A DNA stretch of 64,000 bases from Antedon mediterranea (GCF_964355755.1 NC_092673.1:21201648-21265647), one strand, 5' to 3'; shown: positions 23,301 to 37,525, counted from the first letter of the stretch. Notes: generated by a model not told the origin, from the sequence alone. Program-made: numbers and translations.

Positions 23301-26300
23301 CCATATTTCAAATTATGTTCCATTTGCATCGTCGTAGCAACCCTATTTTTCCAAATGTTCTTCACCTCTCAGCCCCAGTAGTGACCATGTGGGCGAGGTA
23401 ATTTTTATTTAAAATTAAGTGCCATCTCCGCCCATCGAGCAGCTCTATTTTTCCATTTTTTTTTACCTCAGCCCCAACCATTGTGGGGCTGAGGTCATGG
23501 AGACACTTAATATATATTTTTATTTTCTATTTTAAATTATAATTGCCATTTTCAAAACTATGATGGGCTAAGATCCTGGAGGTACTAATAAATATATTTT
23601 TATTTCATATTTGAAATTAAGTGCCATTTCCGCCCATTGAGCAGCTCTATTTTTCCAAATTTTCTTACCTCAGCACCAGCCATGGTGGAGCTAAGGTCCT
23701 GGAGACACTTAATATATATTTTAATTTCCTATTTTAAATTATAATTGCCATTTTCTAATTATGGTGACGTGGGCTAAGATCCTTTCATATTTGAAATTAA
23801 GTGCAAATATCGAGCAGCTCTCATATTCAGCTCAAAAATTCTAAATTTCCATGGTTGTAACAGGTTTTTTTTTTTTGGGTGGGGGGGGTGGGGGGAGAAG
23901 GGTTCGTGGGTTGGTGTTTGTGTCATTTGCAAATTACCATTTTCGCACCCCAGATATTTTTAGAATTATTAGTTATTACTCACAAAACTAAAAATACAAT
24001 TTTTGAACGACATAGGGATACAATTTAGGCCCTATTTTGTGTCAGTTGGGGTTTTACAAACGTTTATTAGACATACAACCGTTGGTGGCGCTGTTTAGGA
24101 CCACATTTTGGGGATCTGGCATTATTTTTCCCAATCTGGCATTATTTGAGACAGGATACGGCATAATTTAAATTTTATCGCTGGCAACGCTGCCAATGCT
24201 CCTGGTAGACAAACAACCTCCAGTTACTATGCTCACACATGGACAGTGATTACATCCTACTAACTTTAAATGTATTTTCTGTATCAACTTCTGTAGTTTA
24301 AACCTTCTGATCAATGTTCTGTTAACTTTTAAAATGAAAGAGGATACCTATTCTCAAAGTGTTCTCATTCCAGGCTGGGGACATGGATTATCCAATACTG
24401 TACCAATTAAATTGTTTTATTTCGTCAAGCACTCTGGCTCAAAAATTTTCTTTCTTGTCACTTTTATATAACATATAGTTTAACATATGATTGATATGGG
24501 TAAAATAGTTACACAGTACGACACAAAATCTGTATTTACTCTCAGTACAAAATTACAATGCACCTATTTATTATTCAAATGTTTATTACTGTATTTGAAT
24601 ATCACTCTGCTGCCACACTTGTACAGTAATTCAGAATTAATTCTCATGACCTACTGTACTATTACCCAGCTTAAAATAAACAAATAATGCCTTTATTTTT
24701 AAGTCCATTGGAAATTCACAACGCCTATTATTTGCACTGTCATGATGCAATCATCCAGAGCCTTTCTATAAACGTTCTCATTGGTTGAGAGTAACAATAG
24801 ATTCACCAATGATTGTATTGGTTGGTACAACAAGGTTACGTGGCTTTAAAAGAACAATAATACTGTACTGTAGCTCCAATAGATTGCTTCCCATGCATCA
24901 CTCTGTGTTATCTTTTTTAAACTGTTCAAATGGTCACCAGGTAGAAGGCAAAGCGTGTTGTTCAGTTGGTCAATAGTCCAGGTACTTAGTGGTAAGTTAG
25001 GCATTTGTTCATTTAAGCTGCTTAGTTGTGGTGGTATTGTTAAGCTTGTTCTAGTTAGGTCTATAGCAAAAAAATTGTTTCTTTCTCTACTACCAGCAGA
25101 ATAAAAAATCAACATATATAATAAGCATTCATACTAATATTGAACAATCGGGGAAAATTTTCATTTAAAAATTTTGTTTAGCAATATTGCTAATCAAACT
25201 GATTTTTAAGTCGAGAAACATAGTTTTGTATAGTATTTTTTGCTACACAATTTTCAAAATGTGTAGCAATAAGGTTGTTTTGTATAGCTTTTTGCTATGC
25301 TACACTGGCGAAAATGTTCCCTGACAATTATTGTTAATGTTATCATACACAGTAATAAATGATTTTGGATAATTGGGACAACATATAAACATATCTAAAT
25401 GTATTTTTGTAATAAATTAAAATACAGAAAACTGGATAGGGGTGTTGTGCGCTTCTTCACCTCTCCCCATCTCATTGAATCTGTCTATTATTATTAGTAG
25501 ATGCTTTAATTAACACAGAGAGATATAGTGAGGAGTACTTCCATAAAAAATTACAGATTTATAAACTAGATGCAATTGTTCTCACATAAATAAACTTGAA
25601 TTTTTATGAAAGCATTTGCTACTTAAATACTACATAGTGTAAACACAGAGCTATTTAGGTCCATGGTCCAAATATATCATTCCTGTTTCTATTTAAATTG
25701 AAACTATCTGATCTTTATTATAATTTTACCATCTTACTTCCTTGTCTATTCTTTAGTTCATGTATATTTTCAGAATTTAATATTTAATTACAAATTAGCA
25801 TTCTACACGCTTTCAAGCTGATGTAATATTAATGTTTTATTACTTCTTTCAAGCTAAAGTAATATTATGAATGTTTTATTACTTTTTCCGGTGGCTAAAC
25901 TGTGGAACAAACTCAAATAAATATCTTAAAATATAAAATTTTTTTCGAATAAATAAAAAAAAATGTTTTTCCTTATGAGTACCTACTGTAATAATAGCGT
26001 AGGTGTATTGTTTTTATTGCCTTTGTTTATGCAACTAATTCCTTGTTTCCTTATATTAAATTTTAATCTGGAGCTTGAATGTGATACATTAGGTGTACAT
26101 CCCCATTAGAACTTTATGGTCAAAATCCTTATCAGATATATCAACTTAAGCAGGTGATTAATGACCTGGATCTTATTATACCCCTGTGATATTATTAGCT
26201 CTCTTGTAATTGATTGATTAGGACAAGGTACATTCTTCAGTATGCAAGGTCAATGGTCAGGCAAAAACTAGCAGAAGTCAGCAATGATTAAAAGGTTTAA

Positions 26301-29300
26301 CGACCTGCCTATTTCGGGTAAAAATGAACACATTCTCTAATGGGACTGTACACATAATGTAAAATAAATTTTTGTTTTGTTTTAAAATTAAAACTCTCAT
26401 ACTGTACAAAGGCAATAATATTGTTTTTCTCTCAGCATTTTATTTATGTATTATATTATGTTATTGTTATGTATTATGTAAATTATATTATAAATAAAAT
26501 TAAAAACGTCATGAATATTTGGTACCAGCAGGCATAGATGATAATTATTATTATTAATAGTTTTGAGATTATGAATGCTGTGCATGTTCTAAATTTAGAT
26601 TTAAGCTTTAAGGCCCATTCACACTAGGACGATAACAATCGACGATAATAGACAATAATTTACATTTTTCATACATAAAATAAAAGAAATATAAAACCTT
26701 TTCATTCTAGAACTATAGAATAACCATCTATGCTTCCTTTGATGAAAATTATATTTCCATACGTCCAATCAAATGACGTCATGATTACTTTAAAATGTAG
26801 ATGTGGTTCAGGTTTATAGTACAGTAGTTCATTGACCTACTACAGTATTTACAAATCAAAATATTCTCTTTTTATTTTAACATTAACAATTCGATTCACT
26901 TGAGCACACTGTTGTTCAAGGTGTAAAAGTCATCTAATCTGTCCATTGGGATGGGAGATTACTTACATTACTTATTACTCTGGTATGCTAGTACTGTAGA
27001 TGGAATGCAATTGTGAGGTTGAATAGTGTACAGTAGATAGTTTGGTATTATCAGGTTAACTGTACATATATTTAAGGATTGTAGATAAATTAGTCATTCT
27101 ACAGTATACAGTTGAGGAATAGTACTGTACTGTATTCTTGAAGTACAGTATAGTCTGGTATGATAAATCTTCATACATATGATTTGATAAAACATCGTTT
27201 TCCAGAGACATGACTACAAAGTGTAGTATAGTTAAGCAAAAGCGTTAGGTTGATTTCATTCTTTGATAATATTTTAAATAAATAGCAATTATTCTAATTT
27301 TATAATCCTACTATGATAAAGCTTCGTACGATTTGATAACACACCATTTTTCATCCTTTGATAATATTTTGTAAAGAAAATTGAGAGAATTGTTATGGTG
27401 TGGTGACCCACAGCGGTAAAAATAACCTTTCTTGCATCATTAACCAAGTATTTTGATACTACTGTATCTTGTGTGATTTTTTTCTAAAGCACAGTTAGTG
27501 AAAGCAATTTAAAATATGTTAAAATCAATTCATTGTACTTTTATGCTATTTATTAGGTACAGTACAGTATCTCTATTTCTTCATTATTTCATTTTTATTA
27601 TACTGTATTTAATTTTGTTTAATTCTTCAAGATGAGGACACTGCGCACCGCAGCCACAATATTGACACAGATTTAAGGAACTCAAAAATTAATGAGTGGT
27701 AGAGAACAAGTCAGACTTAATTATGTAATACTGACGGTCCAGTTTACACATCTAGCTAGTGTGCTTCCCGGGGTCACTCTTAAATATTTTCATGTCAAAA
27801 TGTCACAATTTATCGCACAATTTTAGCAGGGATTTTAACTATACTGGATGCTAAGCCCATCGCTAAATTGATCCTACCTTTGAATCAATGAATACTAGCC
27901 GCCTATGTTATCACAAACCCTGTAATGAACGGTCGCCCTTTTCCTGTCGTCTTGGTAGTTCAAGTCCATAGTATTTTTCAGTAAAACAGGTAGCACCCTC
28001 ATGTCTTGAAGTGGCTGCTGCACCTCCCTGTTTGGTTTGTATATACAAGTGACCACCGTCACCCCACCCTCCGGGGTGTGCTTTTAAATAACACAGTTAA
28101 AGAGTAGGGGGTTACTGTACCAGTGTTCCACCACTCCAGTGTTTAGGTTCACTTCTGCTCGTCATTTATCGCTATGTTGGGTTAACAGCCCTACTACTGT
28201 ACCTGTAGTTAAATATTCATTTTCATCAAAGTAAACACAGTATTTAATTTTTTTGTTTTTATTTACAGTATATTTTTGTTTTCAGGATAATTTAATTTGC
28301 AGTACATATATTTCTATATAGTCTAATATAGTCTTTTAAAGCTTTTTTTTTCTTGTATTGCAGGAAAACCAATTTGTTGATGACCTACTTGATATAACAT
28401 TTGATGATATAAATGATGAAACAAAACCTCAAAATATGGAAACATCGCCTATCACACCCTTCATGGAAAGGCACACCCTGTCGCCACAAAACTTCCTTAA
28501 AACAAACAATAAATTTAGTCCTATAAAAAGATCAGAAACATTAAAAGGTTCAATAAACAATAACTCTAGGACAATCAAGTGCATTAAACCATTTCGGAAC
28601 TTAAATATAAAACAAGTTTGGCATCACTTAAGCAAAAAAACAAAAGATCAATTGTCAAAGATCTCAAATGAGGTGATAGTATTAAGTCATAATCAACATA
28701 GCCAGCTATTGTCTTCAGCTTTGCCAACTCATCTGAATAACGATTTCTATCGAGATGTCCAACGACCACATATGAATGATGTTCAAAACCAGACTGTAGA
28801 AATGAGTAACATTCACAACAATATAATTGAGGGTCACCAAGAGGAAGAGGTACATTCTGAAGCAATCACATATATTCACGATTTTACAACAACTGATATC
28901 TATCCTGAAAAACAGTGTTTAAAATATTTATTAGACACCCTTGTTGCGGTTGGAAGTAGAGATCTTACTTGTCAGACCTATAAAACTCTGAAACATATCC
29001 AGAACCACCATAAGCTAACTAGGAAAGACTTTTCAGAAGATTGGAACCAAATTATGGACATTTTAAAACCTCTAGAAACTGAATGTAATATTTTATTCTA
29101 TAGGAACAGACTTCTTTACTTAGATTTATTAACATCTGTCCTAGAAGAAGATCTTAACAAACATAAACTTAGGAATACAACGGCACAATCGTTTTTATGT
29201 AAAATGTTAAGCCCAGACCATGAAATGGCAAATCTAGCCAGTTTAAGTCTGTGTTTACTCAGTGTTTTGCAAAGAACGTTTGATAATTCTTCAGATATGT

Positions 29301-31390
29301 TTTTGGAAGAAGGTATTCAACGTTCTTTGTTGTTGCTACAGAAGATACTAACACTTAGTGTAGAGGTCTCCAAATCACGTCCTGAGGGTGCCATGAAAAT
29401 AGCTGAACACTTGCTCTATCCATTTCGTAATCTATCAAAAGTGGAACATAGGAGTCAACTACTTGAGGTACGCTTTTATTAACTTTTTTTTTAAATTTCG
29501 AATTAAAAGACGTTTACTATATTTCAATATAAAATTTAATGACAAAAAGAGAGATCGACGTTTCGGTATCATCATACAGTAGAACCATTTTCAAGATCAA
29601 CTGAATACAAAAAAATAATAATTATGTCCTGTCACCAACTTTGTTGCCTAGTGCACATAATTTACCTCCGCCAAGGAGTATATGTAATCGGTAGCGTGTG
29701 TTTGTTTGTTTGTTTGTTTGTTTGTTAGCAGGATTACTCAAAAAGTAATTACAAGATCTTTACCAAAATGAATAGACAGATAGATATGTGGTCAAGGACC
29801 ATTCCATTAAATTTTGGGACCATTTGGGACCACAGTCGCAATTCTGGACCACTTTTTAGTATACTTTTTTAGACCTGCTAGTGTTAAAAGATAGGACAGA
29901 ATTTTTCAAAAGCCACCGAGCAGTCTTAAAGTAACAAGTAAACTGAAATTGCATTTTCTCGAGAACTACTTGTCCAAAAAACTTCATTTTTTAACAAGAG
30001 GCAAGAGTTATAATTTGTGATTTGTAATTTTAAAACATAATTTGATTTAATGTGCACGTTTTTTTATGCGAGTAGTTTAAAAAAACTATTTGGCGGAGGT
30101 ATATTAGATTTAATGTACAAGTTTTTTTATACGAGTAGTTTAAAAACCATATTTCTTTTCAAATTCACTCGTTTGATTTTCAAATTTCTGTTCTATTGTT
30201 AGTCGGCTAAAGCTATTGTTAGTTAATTAGAGAGATCGACGTTTCGGTACCATCATACAGTAGAACCATTTTCAAGATCAAGTGAATACAAAACAATAAT
30301 AATTATGTCCTGTCACCAACTTTGGTGCTTAGTGCACATAATTATTATTTTTTTTTTTTTTTTTTTATATTATTGTAGCAAAAGGAATATGATTTAAACA
30401 ATGTAAAAGTGTTCTGATTAAAATGGTACTGTACCACATCCTGATTAGTGACATTCCATGGAAGACCAACCTCAGGAATATGAACCTAGTTAAGTAGACA
30501 TTGAGGAGAATCACCTGTTAAGAATTAGTCTCACCATGTTACACAACATAGAAACTATGTAATACTGTAATGTTTTATTTATTTGTGTTATTGTTAGTTA
30601 ATACAACAAATTATTTATACCTTTCAGACAATGCAGAGTAATCTTCTAAGAATAAAACTAATAGAGTTATGGCTAGAAAACTGCTGTGTGGTTAGAGACG
30701 TCTGTATACCTACATCTGGTGACCCAATATCCATCAATAAGATCCTGAATCGCCATTTCAGGTGTACGCCCTCATCGACTGTTGAAGATGCTAGCGTTGC
30801 CTGTGAAGAGTTAGCTATGATGCTGTATTTGCTCCTCAAGTCATACCTTGCATACAATGCAGGTTAGTTGCTTTATACAGTACGGTACTTAAAAAAAAAT
30901 TTAAATCCAACATAATCTATCTACTGTAAATTTCAAAATAGTATCAAAACAATAATATGTGTGTAGAGTGTATTATTACAAAAATAAAGATTTCAATAAT
31001 CCAAAATTTATATTTCAAGTTCATTTTATTTATTTAAAAAAAAAAACGTTTTAGGCGCCTGCCCATAATGTCCAGATTTTAGCTAGGTACAGAATATTAC
31101 TGTAATTTTCTTCTGGTATTGCACACAGTTGGTGTAACATCTTTCTATAGAAACAACATATATAATACTTTTTGGAATTTATTACAGAGAAAATCCATCC
31201 AAATGCAACAGACAATGCATCTTGTTATTGTGGTTTAAAGTTATCAAGAGAAGAATCAACATTGTTTCTAACAATGGGAGATGTTGTGACCAAGCTACGT
31301 AATCATCTCAGTTCATATGGGGAACTCACCACTAAGACGCTTGCCTACCTCAGTTATATAGAATCTCTGCAAGATCTTGTGGATATTTGA
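20330..31390 (+). CDS. SIMC1: SUMO-interacting motif-containing protein 1-like (N-terminal SIMs, C-terminal Nse5-like helical domain)
   Basis: Exons 20330(or 20354)-20668, 28364-29467, 30628-30862, 31188-31390 with consistent phases. SIM-like motifs PILISSDSDD, DLVVI, PIIVISDDDSD, CVVSSDSE. C-terminal segments LEEDL, LQKILTLSVEV, KIAE, TMQSNLLRIKLIE and EEL...LLKSY resemble vertebrate SIMC1 as recalled. Confidence 0.75.
21190..21649 (+). mobile_element. Possible solo LTR with internal ~27-bp tandem repeat
   Basis: TGTAA...TTACA termini, AATAAA near 21568, flanks tcat/ttat (4-bp TSD with 1 mismatch); about 5-6 copies of cacacct.acagacacttct.gg at 21335-21480. Confidence 0.4.
22716..24192. mobile_element. 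Non-autonomous hAT/P-type DNA transposon
   Basis: Perfect 8-bp TSD CCAATGCT (22708-22715 and 24193-24200); imperfect TIR CATAGTTGCCA / TGGCAACGCTG; subterminal GGCATWAT repeats at both ends; internal ~200-bp tandem duplication at ~23400-23830. Confidence 0.82.
29661..30230 (+). mobile_element. HINE-like family A copy 2 (rearranged 3' end)
   Basis: tttacctccgccaagga...(gttt)n...; body highly similar to 8978-9667; GGCGGAGGT at ~30092, then a further internal piece. Confidence 0.7.
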
Positions 31391-31423
31391 TTAGTCAAGT
31401 AGCCAATGTCTAGGTAAAAAATT

Positions 31424-31665
31424 TGATGATTGAGGCCTACTAGAAAAAGAAGTGATGATTGAGGTCTACTAGAAAAAGAAGTGATGATTGAGGTCTACTT
31501 TGTAAAAAGGTTAATGAGAGAGGTCTACTTTGATAAAAAAGGTTGATGAAAGAGGTCTACTTTGACCCCAAAAATAGTTGATGAGAGCAGTATATTTTGA
31601 AGAAAGAGAGATCTACTTTGACAAAAATTGATGAAAGAGGTCTATTTTGAAAAAAGGGTTATGAG
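31424..31665 (+). repeat. Degenerate ~30-bp minisatellite just downstream of the SIMC1-like stop codon
   Basis: About 8 copies of tgatga(tt/ga)gaggtctact(ag/tttg)aaaaag. Confidence 0.75.
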
Positions 31666-33517
31666 TGCTCGTCTACCATGGGAGTGTGGTCTACCATGGA
31701 ATGCCTTCCCTGGGTCTACTTTTGATGTTGATGACTGAGGTTGAAGTTTGTGGTGAACTGTACTTAGAAGAAGTACAGTATTGTAGATGTCGTCAGTATC
31801 CAGGTAATAAGTTTTCATACAAGTGAGTAATATACATCATATATACATCTTGTGAAAACTAATAGATTTCATAATGGAAGAATACCTAAAATGTCTTTCT
31901 ATAAATTAAATGTACATAAAAAAGTTATTATTATAATCAGCATTTTATCTTTTGGACACACATCAGTAGAAAACAATGTAGAGCCAAGAGAAATATCGTT
32001 AGATTCATAAAACCAAATATTTTTTGGTTTATTTTAGAAACCATACTGTCCACGTTCTACTTTAAATCATATACTGACCTGCTTTAAACAATTGTTTAGT
32101 TTAAATAGATATAGCAAGAATTTGTTGATATAGTGTACACAACTAGGGTTGGCCCACCAAATATTTCCAAAATTGTTTTTTTTCTAATCTCTATGTTGAT
32201 GATGTTATCTGTTTCTGCCTTGACCATTTTGTAGTGTGTATGACCAAAAATTATTTTTAACAAATTCATTTTTGTTTACGTATTAAAGTTTGTATACATT
32301 TTTTTAGACAGAAAGTGAGTGCATATTCTACACTGTTGCATTTTGCTTGTCAGGAATGTTATTATATTATATAATAATAATTATACTTCAATATATAATT
32401 TTTTATATTATATAAAATAGGTTTTAATAAAGAAAATATTAGTACTGTACGTAGCTCTAGTCAGTATATTGAAACGCACATAGTGAGTGCACATTCGATA
32501 CTGTGAAAGTTGCATTTAGATTGTAGTGTAGAATATACTGTAGTATATAAGCTTGTTAAAGGTGTGTTCACACAGATTAATTATTAGTTTTAAGGCATAT
32601 TGTCAATGTTGAACAAATTATCTTGTTTTTACAACCACATTAATGGTACAGGTATGTACAGTTTTAATTCATATATGCAATAAAGTCACATTGTGTACAT
32701 CTGTCCGAACGTTTGTTAAAATAGAACATTAATTTTTGTAATTGAGTGTATAATTTAGACGTTATTTCTGCTACAACAACTACTACTGTGCTCTTATTGG
32801 TCAGTTATTTTATACTTTTATATTTAAATTGGAACGATTTTTATTGATATACTATTGATTTATGCTACTTTTTATTTATATATTTTATAATATAGTACCA
32901 TTGTGGTACCTGTGTGAAAGCGTTTTTATTTTTAATACAGTACGGACACAAGTTGAGTGTTCAGTATGTATCCTTAAATTACTTTAAAATCTGATTAATG
33001 TTAATTTAATTATTTTATAGTAAGTTGAGTTCTAAGTTGAAGTTATGCTGTTACTTGTAGTTTTGTTTCGAAAGCAAGAAAGTGTTTCATTATCAAATTG
33101 ATAGGTAAATTGCTTGTTTGTTGTATGTAAACGCCTGGATGATACTGTATTAATACATTTTTAATCTTTTGATACAACACAATGATTCTCCATTCACTTC
33201 ATGTTTGTATTTTTTTAAATATATTTCTTCATTCTATATACTGTATATAGATAGAACAATAAAAATATATGCTTGATTATTGATTCAAACCCACGTCCTC
33301 GATAAATACAAGAGTGTATTGCAACGTAAGAACGTAGACGCAACGCAAGCGAGTTGACCAATGGCAAGCGTTCGGATGGTCCATCGCACGCGTCGTGATA
33401 TAAAAAAATTGCTTTCGTTCTTCGTTGCGTCCAAGTGGTAATCAAACTTTAATTACTGTATGTACATATTTTTAAATAAATAACGTGTGTGAACTGTTTG
33501 TTATGAACTATGCCTTA

Positions 33518-33694
33518 AGCGTGGTTCCCACTAGCGACGCAACACAAGGACGTAACGCAACACAAGGACGTAACGCAACGCAAGTGAATTGACCAATCAC
33601 AAGCGATGGCTAACTGTCTATAACTTCGCTTGTCATTGGTTAAAACGCTTGCGTTGCGTTTACGTCCTTGCGTTACGTTCTAGTGGGAACCAAG
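33518..33694. mobile_element. Palindromic Harbinger/PIF-like MITE
   Basis: agcgtggttcccactag...ctagtgggaaccaag; almost the whole element is a hairpin. Related pieces at ~33328-33437 and 61281-61905. Confidence 0.7.
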
Positions 33695-35816
33695 TAGGTT
33701 ACGAACAATCTCGGAGCTGATCTTCAAAAGCAGGCAATATCTCGTAAAGAATGGGTCTACGATAATATGTATGATGAGGGAATATATACCAAGAATATGC
33801 GTAAATTTACTACGGTAAATTACGGTAACAGAAACGGTAAATAAACATGTCATAATATTTTTAGAATCATAGATGTTAACACACAAAATATACAAACAAC
33901 AACGAGAGCACTAATTAAATATTATGGTATGCTTTGAAAAAATATCAATTTAAATCGATACAATAATCGCTCTGAACATAAGTGAAATGACGCATCATAT
34001 TTGTTTATCTACAAAACCAAGCAAACAGTATTAATTATTCAACAAGTCAAATATAATACTGATTGAACAAATTGGCTTGTAAAGAGAAAATACAAACTAA
34101 AGTAAAGTATAATATCCCTACATTTCCCCGACATTTTGTGTCTTTTATGCTAAGTTTAATTAGGCTACTACACTATCTTTGGGCTAGTCTATCTTTTAAC
34201 ATTAACAGGTCTGAAAATAATTGTAAAAAGTGGTCCAGAATTAGGATGATGGTCCAGATTGCCTCCGAAATTTAATGGAATGGTTCTTGACTTTTCAATA
34301 TTTTGGTAAAGATCTGGCAAAAAAAATACCGCGAACATTTCGTACGTAAAGTATTATTTATCATGTTTAATATGCAAGTAATTTGACCAATCACGACGCG
34401 GTAGATATGCAGAACTATGAGATGAAAAGTATTATAGCTTCCACGTTTCTCTATTTTTAATGACACGTATATCGATGTAGTGTTTATTTTGTATCTCAAT
34501 CTACATCCAACTGTTACTCAAAACAGCAGCTATTATTCTCATGATTTGCTGTTGGGGGGATATAGTATAGTAGGCCTATTATTAAAAATGGATGTAGGCT
34601 TTCTGAAAAACTACCCCATCGGAACAATTACCACACTCATAATACCTCCACCGGAACCACTAAATAATTTTAAATAACAGAGGGTGAACTAAATCGAAAA
34701 CGTAGAATTTTCAATGCCTTCAGATGTTGATATATACATTGTCTTTATTATAATAATATTATTATATTCATTACCGTGCTAATATTAATATTCAAGTCAT
34801 CTGTGTCCGAGTGTAGTGACGGCGCATATTATAACATGTTTATTATGAATAGAGCTTTTGTGTTATTTGTACTCAGTAACGCTCAACTGAATAAGAAATG
34901 ATCGCGCATTTATTAATAATTGGTAAACTTACAAGATACAAAATATAATTTTTTTTATCAGTTTTAAAATACAAATTAAAATTCGTTTTATTGATGCTAA
35001 ACAACAACACAGATGATAAATTATCATATCCTTCCTTAGAAGGGTCTACGCAAAAAAAGAACAAAGGAAATTCTCTGTTGCAATAACGTGCACCATCTAA
35101 GCAAAAACTTGTCATTCGAACAAGCAAACGAATTTATTGTGCACCAGGTGAGAACATGTTAATGACGGCCCAGAACAATGTACTTAATCTCATCGATGTA
35201 TATCTGCAAACTGTGGTCACTATAGTCTATAAATTCAAGCTAAGCCCTATCATAAACTTTGGAGAATTTAAGAAGAAATGTTACTGCATTTAGTGATAGC
35301 TTCATTTCATACCAATCAGATAGTTAGCCTGCTGTAGCTACTAACACAAATGAATATCCGGCTTCCCGCCACAATCTAAGAAAGTCAAGTTTAGAAATGC
35401 ATATTCGAAGGAAGTGAAATAGTCAACTCAGTGCCGGTTGTCAAGAACCGGTATTATACCGGTAATATACAGGAGCGAATTAGGTCGAAATTAGGTCATA
35501 TTTTGTAGACATTGATATGTCTAAACAATAAAATTACTGCAATTTAATCCATCCGCCAAGAGCTGCATGCCTCGTGGCTACTAACATAATTGAATATCCC
35601 GCCACAATTAGCAAGTGGTAGGCCTACTTTATAGGAATGCATTTGATTGTTGGAAGGATGGAGAGTCAAATAGTCAAAACCTAAAAATAATGTTCTTCAA
35701 AGCAATATGCCTACCGGTAGGCTTACCGTATTATTGCATCGGAAACTTGTACAGGGGCGAAAGTAAGAGGACAAAACGAAGTTTGAGGATTTGTCTGGCC
35801 GTGTTTGGAATGCTGA

Positions 35817-36540
35817 TGTTATGCGCGATTTGAACGATTTGCGCAATTTAAAATTGCGCAAAGAATTCCTTGCGCAATTTGAATTGAAACATCTGTTTCA
35901 AATTGCGCAAGCAACGTATTAAATTGCGCAAGTAATCTGCAAATTGCGCAAGGTTTTTTTCGACAGATTGTGAAATCATGCACACCCATATTTTTATAGT
36001 AATTTCTAAGAATGATTCAAAATTAAAGATAATATCGCATTTCCTTATTTTTTGTAGTAGTGAAAATATTGTTATTGAATAGCATATCGTCGAAGACCCG
36101 ACAAAGGACCACAAAGGTGGTGTTCCCGGCGGGCAGGTGCACGGCGGGCGGCTAATACTACTCTAGCCTACTACTGGCTATGTTTTGATAGCAAGTCTAA
36201 ACGTTGTGTATTACTACATTAATTTTTTTTATTTTTACATTTATTTTGATTTATTTTAAGTTACAATGAGTGATAATATTATTCAATTGTGTATGCCATT
36301 TATGTTGTGTATTATACACATGTTATCTTCGCATTTATTATGTTTCATTTTGAGTTATTAGTTTCGAATAAATTATTATTATTGTTAACCGATCGTCGAC
36401 GTTAGCACGCATTCTGGTAGAATTCTGCTGCGCAATTTGACAATTTTACAAATTGTGCAGCGCAATTTGAAATTGCGCAAGGATTTTCTTGCGCAATTTG
36501 ATATTGGAAATTGCGCAAATCGTTCAAATCGCGCATAACA
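35817..36540. mobile_element. 724-bp non-autonomous element with TGT...ACA termini (Ginger-like MITE)
   Basis: TIR TGTTATGCGCGATTTGAACGATTTGCGCAATTT / AAATTGCGCAAATCGTTCAAATCGCGCATAACA (33 bp perfect, extended by AATTGCGCAA subrepeats); flanks ctga/ctta, a 4-bp TSD with one mismatch. Confidence 0.8.
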
Positions 36541-37180
36541 CTTAGGCCTACATGAAAATTGTAATGTATTTTACGAGCAGAAAATAAACACGCGTGTAGT
36601 TGAAAATCTAAAGGAGTAATTAATTTGTGTACAAAATAAGGATACTATGACATCAAGAGCTGATAGTTGCATGATACGCAAAGTATTAAATTGTAAACGC
36701 TAAACAGCATCCAAAGAATGTATGATTTAACAAATGGGAAAAACATTAGTGTGGACAAGAATGAAAGGTAAGTTATTACTTTTAATCCTTCATGCTCAAA
36801 CTTTATTGTGGATGATTCGTTGATTCCGTTGAAGCGTATGGTGCGCACTTCTGCTCCTTTACATTGTGTCGTCCAGTTAAACAATTATGCTTGATGGTCA
36901 CTTTAGTTCCTGTGTACCGATAGGCCTGCCGCCCAAAATGCGCAATTGCCCAAACCTGCGTCTTCCCTTTTGAACTATTCGCGCCCTTTGGAACTATTTT
37001 TTATGTTTAACTGTATATTTTCTGTTCAAATTGAAAGAAACAATCTCTCTAAACCAACCAAGAACCTAGTATATAGCGAGATAGATAAATATACAATTGT
37101 CTATAGGCCTACTGTATTCTTAATTAATATTTTTGGTACGTCTCACGAATTGTGTGTTTTTAGTTTTCCTCGTCTTTTAA

Positions 37181-37525
37181 AGATGTATTGTCCCCCTGAA
37201 AATATTTTTTTTTTAATTTTTGTTGTTGAATATGCCATTTTAATGTTATATAATAGTTATTGACTTCGACCAAGAATTGGATCCGAAAAAAATGTATTTA
37301 CATGAAGAAACTGGAATTTAAAGCAAAAATGGTCAAATTGGCTGCCAGCCAATGGATTTTTGGTTGAATTTAACCATTTATCATGTTATTTTATAAGTGA
37401 AAACATTATTTTTTTCCGTCTTTTTTTTACGGAAGTGATTCACTTTATTAAAGCTACAAAATAACTTATTCAAAGTCTGATTTAATTAATCTTTATTTTT
37501 CATGTTTTTGGGAGACAATACATCT
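37181..37525. mobile_element. Kolobok-like TTAA MITE, copy 1
   Basis: TTAA|AGATGTATTGTCCCC...GGAGACAATACATCT|TTAA; body shared with 41922-42265 and 55944-56269. Confidence 0.75.

Noticed and set aside
33215-37263. Many 60-105-aa ORFs between SIMC1-like and the tetraspanin
   Set aside because: Low-complexity AT-rich or MITE-derived translations without domains or a coherent exon chain.
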